DNA from: Vreelandella nigrificans
GTDB taxonomy: Bacteria; Pseudomonadota; Gammaproteobacteria; Pseudomonadales; Halomonadaceae
Reading direction: 5' to 3'
Assembly: GCF_002374315.1 (NCBI RefSeq)
Contig: NZ_NWUX01000006.1
Location: forward strand, 127,947 to 191,946
DNA length: 64,000 nucleotides
Both the position numbers and the translations under genes were made by a program. The first letter of the stretch is position 1; the number at the start of each line of letters is the position of its first letter. Shown piece after piece: positions 1 through 11,055 of this stretch. Under the pieces are notes generated by a model. The model was not told where the DNA came from. It saw nothing but the letters and a program-made list of their open reading frames with translations, and made no database searches.

Positions 1-270
1 CCTCTGCCAAGTAATGCCCGCCAAGCACATGATACACTCAACCCACAGGCGTCGGCTTCCGACCGCGAAGGTGCTGCGTTTTTAATTCTTACAGGACGCT
101 TTATCGGCTTTCTGCCTGAACACGTAGCCGCCCAGTGGGTAGCGGCAGGCAAAATGCGCGCGCTCCACGCATCCACCCAGCACTACCGTACGCCATTTGT
201 CCTGATCACTCGCCATGACCGCCGCCCCAACCGAGTGGTGAATGCTTTTCTGAGCTTCCTTAAACAGCCA
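1..270 (+). CDS. LysR-family transcriptional regulator, C-terminal fragment; the gene starts upstream of the window
   Basis: Frame-1 translation ...GAAFLILTGRFIGFLPEHVAAQWVAAGKMRALHA...YRTPFVLITRHDRRPNRVVNAFLSFLKQPG* looks like a LysR substrate-binding domain C-terminus; stop TAA at 268-270. Confidence 0.55.
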
Positions 271-372
271 GGATAAAACCTACAACGCCCGGCATTTGGC
301 CGAGCGTTACTTTTCAGTCAGGTCGATATTCTATCAACAGGCACCGCGTAGGGCTGTTTTCAAAAAACTGTT

Positions 373-1959
373 TTATGGCTGTTTTGCCACGTCACTAGCG
401 ACCAATGGCACAGGCCCTACCTGGGAAGACGTTGCTAGCATTTGGCTTGCAATATAATAAATAATTGCCCCCAGCGCTGAGCCTGTAAACCAGCCGTAGT
501 TGTAAAACCAGTTCATCGTGCCTGTCAGCAGCGAAACCAACGTAAGTAATACCGGAACACCGAAGGCAATAAACCCCGCAGTATTCACCGCTGGATAGGC
601 GTGGTTATCCATATAGAGGCTTGGTACATCCAAGCGCTGCTTTTTAATCAGGAAGTAATCCACTGCCATAATACCAGCAATAGGACCTAGCAGGCTGGAG
701 TAACCCAGCAGCCAGTTAGAGTACATTTGCTCTAGCGAAGCACCTTGAGTAATCACCCCCGCTTTTTGCAAAAGATCGTAACCCATCAGCAACACACCTA
801 CCGCCCCCGTTAATAGTACGCCGCGGGTTTGGTTAATCCATTTGGGAGCGATGTTCTGAAAGTCATTAGTGGGAGACACTATATTAGCGGCGGTATTGGT
901 AGAAAGCGTTGCAATAATAATTAACAGCATCGCTAGCACAACCCAAAAGGGGCTATTGATCATACCGATCAGGTTGACTGGGTCAGCGATTGTTTGTCCC
1001 ACTAGCGACTCAGAGGCTGCGGTGAGGACCACCCCTAATGCGGCAAAGAAAAACATCGTTAGCGGTAAGCCAATCACTTGCCCAACAATTTGATCTTTTT
1101 GGCTTTTGGCAAAACGGCTAAAGTCAGGAATATTCAACGACAGCGTCGCCCAAAAGCCCACCATAGCGGTCAAGCCCGCGAAGAAGTAACCATATACCGA
1201 GGCACCCTCAGGGCGTGATGGCGGCTGCGCCAGCAGCTCAGTCATCGACATATGTGGCCACGCCCACATCATCAGCCCGATACCAACGGCAAGTAGCAGC
1301 GGTGCCGCTAGTGTTTCCAGCCACTTAATCGACTCTGCCCCACGAATTACCACATAGAGGTTCATCGCGCCAAATACAAAAAAGCCAATCACCTCCCCCA
1401 CACCGCCCAAGGCTGCCCAGGCAGGAATCAGTGCTGAAAGCAGCAGGTGAATGGCTAAACCACCAAACATGGTCTGAATACCAAACCAACCACAGCCTAC
1501 AAGTGCACGTATTAAACAAGGCACATTAGAGCCTAAGATACCGAATGAGGAGCGCAATACGACAGGAAAGGGAATGCCAAATTTAGTGCCAGGGAAAGCG
1601 TTTAAGGTGAGAGGAATCAGTACGATCACATTTGCCAGCAAGATAGCAAACAGCGCCTCACCCACACTTAATCCGAAGTAGGCGGTTAACACACCTCCTA
1701 GCGTATAGGTAGGCACACAAATCGACATACCTACCCATAACGCTGCTATGTTCCATTTGCTCCAGGTGCGCTCGCTAGCCTGAGTGGGTGCGATATCCTC
1801 GTTAAAACGGGAACTACCACGCACGTCCTCTTTCACATCAAGTTCAATTAGCCCCTCTTTATCTACCATTTGGGATGTTGAGCCAGTCATTTTTCTCTCC
1901 TCAGCAGCGCCGTTGCCCATCGTATTCACGGTATCAGCCATATTCAGAGCAATAAGCAT
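373..1959 (-). CDS. NCS1 family nucleobase:cation symporter (hydantoin/uracil/allantoin permease-like), 12-TM
   Basis: 528-aa hydrophobic ORF with NCS1-type motifs; GGAG lies 6 nt upstream of the first ATG; divergent from the pyrimidine-reductive operon. Confidence 0.85.
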   Translation of the reverse strand: MLIALNMADTVNTMGNGAAEERKMTGSTSQMVDKEGLIELDVKEDVRGSSRFNEDIAPTQASERTWSKWNIAALWVGMSICVPTYTLGGVLTAYFGLSVGEALFAILLANVIVLIPLTLNAFPGTKFGIPFPVVLRSSFGILGSNVPCLIRALVGCGWFGIQTMFGGLAIHLLLSALIPAWAALGGVGEVIGFFVFGAMNLYVVIRGAESIKWLETLAAPLLLAVGIGLMMWAWPHMSMTELLAQPPSRPEGASVYGYFFAGLTAMVGFWATLSLNIPDFSRFAKSQKDQIVGQVIGLPLTMFFFAALGVVLTAASESLVGQTIADPVNLIGMINSPFWVVLAMLLIIIATLSTNTAANIVSPTNDFQNIAPKWINQTRGVLLTGAVGVLLMGYDLLQKAGVITQGASLEQMYSNWLLGYSSLLGPIAGIMAVDYFLIKKQRLDVPSLYMDNHAYPAVNTAGFIAFGVPVLLTLVSLLTGTMNWFYNYGWFTGSALGAIIYYIASQMLATSSQVGPVPLVASDVAKQP

Positions 1960-2411
1960 GCCTACTCCAGACCGGGACGACTAACTCATTGATTAAAAAG
2001 CTGCCTTAATGGACAACAATATTATTGTTAGCTTGTTATCTTTTTTATTTGTTATCAACCAGTAAAAACTGGCTTAACAAAGCTAGCCCAAAAAAAACAT
2101 TTGCACCAATACTAACCAACTCAAGGCCTGGTAATTTTTTAAAAAAAGCCAAAGGCAACTGATTTTAAAGGAATAATATTCATATCCAAAATAGTGCAAA
2201 GACTCACCAAAAAAGTGAAAACAATGATGCAGAACAACAAAAGCAAGCAAACTCAAAGAGTTAAATGGCATTTATAAATTTTTCACTCACCACTTGCTAA
2301 AACCACTAAGCCAGCGATACTTTGAATAAAAGCTGTCTCACCAGTCAGCTTTATAATATTAATTCTCAACTCCTAATAACACTTTAAATAAATAATCAGA
2401 GGGAGTGCCTA

Positions 2412-4749
<2,338 letters not shown>

Positions 4750-4796
4750 CCGGCAATTAATAACGGTTGTTTCTATAGAACAGCGGAGGCTCTACC

Positions 4797-6176
4797 GTGA
4801 CTAGCCAACTGAACCATCTACCCAGCGCAAAAGAGGTCGGCACTTACGACCCGCAGACGCTGGAAAGCAACTTTAGTGATCTTCACCCACCGCTAACCCA
4901 GCGCCAGGCGATGATCGAAAGCCAGCGCTGCCTTTACTGCTTTGATGCGCCCTGTGTGGAGGCTTGCCCGTCGGATATTGATATTCCTAGCTTTATTCGC
5001 CAAATCAGCGAGAACAATATCAACGGCGCGGCGCAAACCATTCTGGAAGCCAATATCCTAGGTGGCAGCTGCGCCCGGGTGTGCCCCACCGAAATTCTCT
5101 GCGAACGCAGCTGTGTGCGTAATCACGATGCCGAGTGCCAGCCGGTACTAATCGGCCTGTTACAGCGCCACGCCACCGATAATATGCAGTTCGATAGCCA
5201 CCCGTTTAAACGCGCCGCCAGTACAGGCCGCCATATTGCCGTCGTCGGCGCTGGGCCCGCGGGGCTCTCCTGCGCTCACCGCCTGGCGATGCTGGGCCAT
5301 CAGGTAACGATTTTTGAAGCCGAGCAAAAACCCGGCGGGCTGAACGAATATGGTATTGCCCGCTATAAAATGACTGATGACTTCGCCCGCAAGGAAGTGG
5401 AATTCTTGCTTGAGATCGGAGGCATCGATATTCAGTACGCCCAGCGCCTGGGCGATAACCTGACTCTCGACACCCTGCGTCACAGGTACGACAGCGTTTT
5501 CTTGGGGTTGGGTCTCGGTGCCAGCCGCGCTTTGGGCCTCACTGGGGAGGATGCCCCAGGCCTCATGCCAGCAGTGGATTACATCAAAACCCTGCGCCAA
5601 GCCGATGACCTGGGCAGTTTGGCCGTGGCCAAGCGCTGCATTGTGATCGGTGCGGGCAATACCGCCATTGATATGGCCACCCAAATGGCGCGCTTGGGGG
5701 CGAGCGAGGTCACGCTGGTCTACCGCCGTGGTGTTGAGGCGATGTCCGCCACCGACCATGAGCAAGAGATCGCCAAAGCCAACGGCGTGCGTATGGTCAC
5801 CTGGGCGCAGCCCGACGATATTTTGCTGGATGCCCAAGGCCGTGTCGCAGGTATGCGCTTTGCCAAGACCGCCGATCAAGCAGGCAGATTAACCACCACT
5901 GGGGAAACTTTTGAAATTACCGCCGATGCCATTTTCACCGCTATCGGCCAGGGCTTTGAGAACGCAAGCCTAAGCGATGCTACTGCTGCCGAGCTCGCTC
6001 GCGATGGCGAGCGCATTCACGTCGATGAGATGTTCCAAACCTCACTGCCCAATGTGTACGCGGGCGGCGACTGTGTAAAACCGGGTCAAGACCTTACCGT
6101 TCAGGCCGTGCAGCACGGCAAACTGGCGGCTCACGCCATTCATCAAGCACTCGCCGCTAAGCAGGAGGCCGCATGA
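4797..6176 (+). CDS. preT: NAD-dependent dihydropyrimidine dehydrogenase subunit PreT (GltD-like; FAD/NAD binding plus 4Fe-4S)
   Basis: Cys clusters CLYCFDAPCVEACP and the GAGPAG dinucleotide motif; GTG start with gcggagg RBS; stop overlaps the next start (ATGA). Confidence 0.85.
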   Translation: MTSQLNHLPSAKEVGTYDPQTLESNFSDLHPPLTQRQAMIESQRCLYCFDAPCVEACPSDIDIPSFIRQISENNINGAAQTILEANILGGSCARVCPTEILCERSCVRNHDAECQPVLIGLLQRHATDNMQFDSHPFKRAASTGRHIAVVGAGPAGLSCAHRLAMLGHQVTIFEAEQKPGGLNEYGIARYKMTDDFARKEVEFLLEIGGIDIQYAQRLGDNLTLDTLRHRYDSVFLGLGLGASRALGLTGEDAPGLMPAVDYIKTLRQADDLGSLAVAKRCIVIGAGNTAIDMATQMARLGASEVTLVYRRGVEAMSATDHEQEIAKANGVRMVTWAQPDDILLDAQGRVAGMRFAKTADQAGRLTTTGETFEITADAIFTAIGQGFENASLSDATAAELARDGERIHVDEMFQTSLPNVYAGGDCVKPGQDLTVQAVQHGKLAAHAIHQALAAKQEAA

Positions 6177-7516
6177 ACACGACATTTTCCACTCCTCTCT
6201 CGTTTCCAGGGAAGAAAAATAGCGGCGACAGCGTGGTCAATGGCGTTGATCTGTCGGTGAATTTCGCCGGCATCAAAGCCCCCAATCCATTCTGGTTGGC
6301 CTCCGCCCCGCCCACCGATAAAGCCTACAACGTGGTACGCGCCTATGAAGCTGGCTGGGGCGGCGTGGTATGGAAAACCCTTGGCGAAGAGCCGCCTGCG
6401 GTGAATGTCTCCTCACGCTACTCGGCCCATTATGGCAAAAACCGCGAAGTGATCGGCTTTAACAATATCGAGCTGATTACCGACCGCTCGCTTGCGATCA
6501 ATCTTAAAGAGATCACCCAGGTGAAGAAGGATTGGCCTGATCGCGCGCTGATCGTGTCTATTATGGTGCCCTGCAACGAGGAAGCCTGGGCTTATATTCT
6601 TCCCTTAGTGGAAGCCACCGGCGCGGACGGTATCGAGCTAAACCTGGGCTGCCCCCACGGTATGCCAGAGCGCGGTATGGGTGCGGCGGTAGGCCAAAAC
6701 CCCGACCTTATCGAAAAAGTCACCTACTGGTGTAAAAAGCACTACTCCAAGCCAGTGATTGTAAAACTCACGCCCAATATCACCGATATTCGTGTCGGTG
6801 CCCAGGCGGCACTGCGGGGTGGTGCCGATGCAGTGTCGCTAATCAATACCATCAACTCGATCACCAGCATCGACTTGGACAATATGGTTGCCAAGCCCAC
6901 CGTGGGCCATCAAAGCACTCACGGCGGCTACTGCGGCAGCGCCGTTAAGCCTATCGCGATGAATATGGTGGCGGAAATTGCCCGTGACCCAGCGACGCCA
7001 ACACTGCCGATTTCCGGTATTGGTGGCATTTCCACCTGGAGGGATGCGGCGGAATTTATCGCACTCGGTTCCGGCAGCGTCCAGGTATGCACGGCGGCGA
7101 TGCTCAACGGTTTTCGCATTGTGGAGGAGATGAAAGATGGCCTCTCCCGCTGGATGGCGGAGAAGGGCTACGCCTCAATTGAGGCGTTTTCCCGCAAGGC
7201 GATACCGCAAACCACTGACTGGAAATACCTGGATATCAATTTCAAAACCATCGCCAAGATCGACCAGGATTTATGCATCGAGTGCGGTCGCTGCTATATC
7301 GCTTGCGAAGATACCTCTCACCAATCAATTGCCAAACTCACCGAGCAGGACGGAGCCCGCCGCTATGAGGTGATCGAAGAGGAGTGTGTCGGTTGCAATC
7401 TGTGTCAGATCACCTGCCCAGTAGAAAACTGCATCACCATGGTGCCCCAAGAGACCGGCAAACCCTTCCTAGCCTGGGATAACGACCCGCGTAACCCATT
7501 CCGGGTTGCCTCTTAA
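6173..7516 (+). CDS. preA: NAD-dependent dihydropyrimidine dehydrogenase subunit PreA (DHODH-like TIM barrel plus C-terminal 2x[4Fe-4S] ferredoxin)
   Basis: DHOD-like domain followed by CIECGRCYIACED...CVGCNLCQITCP ferredoxin motifs; translationally coupled to preT. Confidence 0.9.
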   Translation: MNTTFSTPLSFPGKKNSGDSVVNGVDLSVNFAGIKAPNPFWLASAPPTDKAYNVVRAYEAGWGGVVWKTLGEEPPAVNVSSRYSAHYGKNREVIGFNNIELITDRSLAINLKEITQVKKDWPDRALIVSIMVPCNEEAWAYILPLVEATGADGIELNLGCPHGMPERGMGAAVGQNPDLIEKVTYWCKKHYSKPVIVKLTPNITDIRVGAQAALRGGADAVSLINTINSITSIDLDNMVAKPTVGHQSTHGGYCGSAVKPIAMNMVAEIARDPATPTLPISGIGGISTWRDAAEFIALGSGSVQVCTAAMLNGFRIVEEMKDGLSRWMAEKGYASIEAFSRKAIPQTTDWKYLDINFKTIAKIDQDLCIECGRCYIACEDTSHQSIAKLTEQDGARRYEVIEEECVGCNLCQITCPVENCITMVPQETGKPFLAWDNDPRNPFRVAS

Positions 7517-7542
7517 GCACCATTTCAACTCCCCCCAACCCG

Positions 7543-7575
7543 CCGCCCTCAACCTGTGAGGGCGGACGCATTTTA
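7543..7575 (+). terminator. Rho-independent terminator after preA
   Basis: Perfect 9-bp stem CCGCCCTCA-acctg-TGAGGGCGG followed by acgcaTTTT. Confidence 0.6.
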
Positions 7576-7676
7576 CGCAACATGCTGTTCCAGCGCTGAG
7601 TGGCGACACGCCACATTTTCCTTGAGAATATGAGAAAATATCGCATATACAATGTTTTCTCATAAAAGGAAGAGCA

Positions 7677-8540
7677 ATGAAGTTCGCTATTACTACCACC
7701 GCTATACTCTTAGCAACTGCAAGCGCCACCGCGAGCGCCGGCCAACGTATCGCCACTTTTGATTTAGGTAGTTTGGATACCCTTGACGCACTGGGTTTAA
7801 GCGAGCAAGTTGTCGGCGTGCCAAAAGCCAGCTTGCCAAACTACCTTGAGCAGTACGCGGAAGAGACATACACCAATATCGGAGGCCTACGCTCGCCGGA
7901 TATGGAAGCCCTTGGCGAAAGCGAGCCTACTCTGATTCTCTACACCGGACGTCAGGGCGACTGGGAAGAAGAGCTGGGCGAGATTGCCCCTCTGCTCAAC
8001 ACTAGCCTGCAAGGCGACGACTACCTCGCCGCTTTTGACACTAACGTTCGCGAGCTAGCCAGCCAGACAGGGGCAGAAGCTAAGGCAGAAGAAGCGCTTG
8101 AAATCCTACATAACGAGCTAGAAACTCAGCGCGAAGCCCTGAGTAACGCTCCCAGCACTCTGGTAGTGACGCATAACAGCGGCAATTTGATGCTAAACCA
8201 ACACCCGGTGGTTCACGACGTGCTGGGCGTAAAAGCACTTGAGATGCCGGAGAGTGTCACTTCAGAGACACGCGGCGAGCGCACCTTTACCCCGCTTTCT
8301 GCTGAAGCCATTGCTGAAATTGATCCAGAAATCGTGCTGGTTATTGACCGCAGCGCCGCCATTGGCGGTGAGCCAGCCGACACAGATACGCTAGCGCAAA
8401 CCCTGGCCGAAGCCGGTGCCGAGAACACGCAGGTCATTATGCTAACGCCCGCGTTGTGGTACCTCTCCGGTGGCGGCCTGCAGAGCCTTGCGCTTCAGGT
8501 TGAAGAAATCTCGGCGGCACTGAGCTCACCACATAACTAA
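7677..8540 (+). CDS. Periplasmic substrate-binding protein, class III (Peripla_BP_2 / siderophore-B12 type); orphan, no adjacent permease or ATPase
   Basis: Signal peptide MKFAITTTAILLATASATASA; layout ATFDLGSLDTLDALGL...VVGV...PTLILYTG...PEIVLVIDR typical of FecB-like binding proteins. Confidence 0.5.
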   Translation: MKFAITTTAILLATASATASAGQRIATFDLGSLDTLDALGLSEQVVGVPKASLPNYLEQYAEETYTNIGGLRSPDMEALGESEPTLILYTGRQGDWEEELGEIAPLLNTSLQGDDYLAAFDTNVRELASQTGAEAKAEEALEILHNELETQREALSNAPSTLVVTHNSGNLMLNQHPVVHDVLGVKALEMPESVTSETRGERTFTPLSAEAIAEIDPEIVLVIDRSAAIGGEPADTDTLAQTLAEAGAENTQVIMLTPALWYLSGGGLQSLALQVEEISAALSSPHN

Positions 8541-8550
8541 ATTGGCATTC

Positions 8551-8586
8551 GCTCTCCCTCTCATAACATGGGCTGAGAGGGAGAGC
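8551..8586. terminator. Strong hairpin between convergent genes; 13-bp perfect stem, no clear U-tract
   Basis: GCTCTCCCTCTCA-N10-TGAGAGGGAGAGC. Confidence 0.4.
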
Positions 8587-8614
8587 AGCCAAACGACAAG
8601 CAAGACGTGTAGGC

Positions 8615-10294
8615 CTAAAACTCCTCCCACTCGTGATCCGCACTGCTTGTTGATTGGGTTGCCCGAGGTGCGGGGCGAAGTAATGCTTGTTGCGTTTTCG
8701 CCGGAATTATTGGCGTGGGTTGAGCAACGGCCTCGCCTTCGACTAAGCGGAAAGAAGCCACAACACTTTCAAGCCGCGCTGCCTGCTCCTCCAACGAACT
8801 CGCCGCGGAAGAGGCCTCTTGAACAAGCGCCGCATTCTGCTGGGTCACCTCGTCCATCTGAGAAACGGCTTGGTTAACCTGCTCAATACCTGAACTCTGC
8901 TCCTGAGACGCCGCCGATATCTCATCCATAATATCGGTCACGCGACGCACCGAAGAGACAACATCACGCATCGTAGCCCCCGCACTTTCGACTAAAGCCG
9001 AGCCTTCTTTTACCTGAGTCGATGATGCATCAATCAGTGTTTTAATCTCTTTGGCTGCATCAGCACTGCGGCTGGCCAAGTTACGTACTTCGCTGGCCAC
9101 CACGGCAAAACCACGCCCCTGCTCGCCCGCTCGAGCTGCTTCCACCGAAGCATTCAGCGCCAGAATATTGGTTTGAAAAGCGATAGAGTCGATAACACTA
9201 ATAATATCCGCCACTTTTTGCGAACTATCAGAGATGCCATGCATGGTAGTGATCACCTGCTCAACAACCTCCCCTCCCTGAACGGCCGTACTAGAAGCAT
9301 CATTCGCGAGCGAGCTTGCCTGGCGCGCATTATCAGCGTTTTGTTTTACCGTTTGTGTTAATTGTTCCATGCTTGCCGCCGTCTCTTGTAACGAGGCAGC
9401 CTGCTCTTCCGTCCGCGATGACAGATCCGCATTGCCACTAGCAATTTCCCGCGCACCGATATGAATCGAGCCACTGCTATCGCGTACCTCGGAAACGGTC
9501 TTCGCCAAACCACTCTGCATATGCTGCATGGCACTAAACAGTTTGCCAATCTCATTACGGCCACGGTCGCTTACCTGACCGGAAAGATCATTTTTAGCAA
9601 TACGCTCAAAATGCAACACAGCCTCGTCCAGCGGTTTAACGATAGAGCTCACCATAGCGATACGCACAAATAGAACAACCATCACAGCGATGATAAGCGC
9701 TGCAAGCTCAATGTAACCAAAAAGCTGCATCTCACTCTCATAGCTGGTCACCAACTGATTATTTTGATCAGCCAAATGATCATTAAAAGCAGTACTTGTG
9801 TCCATAAACTGCCGGTTCAATGCACTCGTTAGCTCTCTTAAAGAGCGAAAGCGAGCATCATCTCCTACCTGTAATGCATCGCCTTGCGCTACCAGTCCCT
9901 GCTGAACCATATTGTTAAAAGCTGTAATCACCGCATCGGCAAATTCAGGCTGTGTAGCGCGGGGATCATTTGCCTCAAAGGCTGCAAAGTAATTCTGGGC
10001 CCCTTGCTGCATAGCTTGCGCTTGAGATAAGTAATCACGGGCTAAGCTGGCGTCACCTTCATAGGACGCAATGAAACTGTTCGTATAAAAAAGCTGGGCA
10101 TAGGCTACCGAACGCTGACTACGGTTCAGCGGCAGCATCTGATCTGCTGCGCGGTCAAGCTCAGACATTGAAGCCGCGCCTCTTTCACCTGCCTGGTAAC
10201 CGAGAAACGCAATGATTATTATCAGCAGTGAAAAAATGGCTAGAACAAGAGTTAGGCTCAGTTTCACTGAGATATTACTAAGCGTTCGATTCAT
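8615..10294 (-). CDS. Methyl-accepting chemotaxis protein (4HB-type periplasmic sensor, HAMP, MCP signalling domain)
   Basis: N-terminal TM, second TM plus HAMP, highly conserved MCP hairpin region ...[41 protein letters not shown]...; C-terminal EWEEF pentapeptide. Confidence 0.9.
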   Translation of the reverse strand: MNRTLSNISVKLSLTLVLAIFSLLIIIIAFLGYQAGERGAASMSELDRAADQMLPLNRSQRSVAYAQLFYTNSFIASYEGDASLARDYLSQAQAMQQGAQNYFAAFEANDPRATQPEFADAVITAFNNMVQQGLVAQGDALQVGDDARFRSLRELTSALNRQFMDTSTAFNDHLADQNNQLVTSYESEMQLFGYIELAALIIAVMVVLFVRIAMVSSIVKPLDEAVLHFERIAKNDLSGQVSDRGRNEIGKLFSAMQHMQSGLAKTVSEVRDSSGSIHIGAREIASGNADLSSRTEEQAASLQETAASMEQLTQTVKQNADNARQASSLANDASSTAVQGGEVVEQVITTMHGISDSSQKVADIISVIDSIAFQTNILALNASVEAARAGEQGRGFAVVASEVRNLASRSADAAKEIKTLIDASSTQVKEGSALVESAGATMRDVVSSVRRVTDIMDEISAASQEQSSGIEQVNQAVSQMDEVTQQNAALVQEASSAASSLEEQAARLESVVASFRLVEGEAVAQPTPIIPAKTQQALLRPAPRATQSTSSADHEWEEF

Positions 10295-10644
10295 ATGGGC
10301 CCTCCGGGGCTGGTCTACTTAATGTCGGCATATTGAAACTTTCTAATTAACCATGACTTAAAACAGAAAATCAGGATTCAATCAGCCAACATCCTTCAAC
10401 ATGGAGAGCTATCTATCGGCGATAAAGATGGGAGCTTTAGCCTTATCTTAAAAAGATTAAACAATCTAACCAATCAAACAAAAAAACATCAAATAAGAAT
10501 CATAACAATAAAGAATTATTCAAAAAAATCGTAAACCTCACCTCCTTAGCCAATCATAAATTGATCAAGATCACCGATAATAAGTAATACCTTATAAATG
10601 AGAACTAATAGAAATAGAGTAACCGAATCCCATCATCAACCTGT

Positions 10645-10690
10645 CTCATCACAAAACTGTCCCATCACAAACTATCCCATCACAAACTAT
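10645..10690. repeat. Three tandem copies of a ~15-bp unit (CCCATCACAAACTAT, first copy degenerate)
   Basis: tctCATCACAAAACTgt / CCCATCACAAACTAT / CCCATCACAAACTAT read directly. Confidence 0.6.
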
Positions 10691-10703
10691 GTAGGGCCGA
10701 ACT

Positions 10704-10728
10704 GGTGCAACCATCTGGTTGCTGCACC
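10704..10728. promoter_or_regulatory. Imperfect palindrome GGTGCAACCAtcTGGTTGCTGCACC; candidate enhancer-binding-protein (NtrC-type) site
   Basis: GGTGCA...TGCACC outer arms and AACCA/TGGTT inner arms; lies ~115-135 bp upstream of the -24/-12 element. Confidence 0.3.
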
Positions 10729-10840
10729 ATTTATATACTGCGCCGCACAATCGGCGGTGTGGTTCCTACCTATCATCACATCGAGGTCGCTTTATCAAGC
10801 GCATGAAAGTCAATGCTTTATGAAATCAAATAAGCGATTT

Positions 10841-10856
10841 TGGCACACAACCTGCA
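10841..10856 (+). promoter_or_regulatory. Candidate sigma54 (-24/-12) promoter TGGCAC-N5-CTGCA
   Basis: tGGcacacaacctGCa has the GG-N10-GC spacing of the sigma54 consensus TGGCAC-N5-TTGCA; positioned ~200 nt upstream of the ABC-transporter start. Confidence 0.4.
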
Positions 10857-10906
10857 GCGTACTCATCACCTGAGCCAACGTAGGTTCAGTGACAAAACGA
10901 TGAACA

Positions 10907-10976
10907 AACAGACAACGGCGTCTGCAACAGTCTTCATACGATTAGATGAAGACGCGATTGCAGACGCCGTTTTGGC
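10907..10976 (+). terminator. Leader-region compound hairpin followed by a U-tract (candidate attenuator / antitermination target)
   Basis: Outer stem ACGGCGTCTGCAA...TTGCAGACGCCGT (13 bp perfect), inner stem GTCTTCAT-acgattag-ATGAAGAC, then TTTTggcgTTTT; ~80 nt before the ATG at 11056. Confidence 0.55.
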
Positions 10977-11055
10977 GTTTTAAAAGGCGTTTTTAAACCA
11001 TTCTTTATTAAAAAATGTTTTATCAAACAGCACTTTAAACGAAAGGTACCGTGCA

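Noticed and set aside
2039-2072. RutR-type operator for pyrimidine catabolism
   Set aside because: The inverted repeat CCAGT-N4-ACTGG does not match the TTGACCA-N2-TGGTCAA RutR box, so I kept it only as a generic candidate operator.
5160-5879. 239-aa ORF antisense to preT
   Set aside because: It is a shadow ORF within a well-supported coding region.
8542-8877. 111-aa ORF overlapping the MCP 3' end on the opposite strand
   Set aside because: It is a shadow ORF antisense to a conserved MCP C-terminus.
10598-10873. 91-aa ORF inside the 760-bp leader region
   Set aside because: It is made of the tandem repeats (PITNYPITNY) and regulatory palindromes, has no RBS, and reads as low-complexity translation of repeats.
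10295-11055. Guanidine-I (ykkC) or TPP riboswitch upstream of the NitT/TauT-type ABC transporter
   Set aside because: I looked for the conserved GGGA / GUCCGAGAG (ykkC) or CUGAGA (THI-box) cores and did not find them. The region instead shows a sigma54-like promoter and a terminator hairpin.
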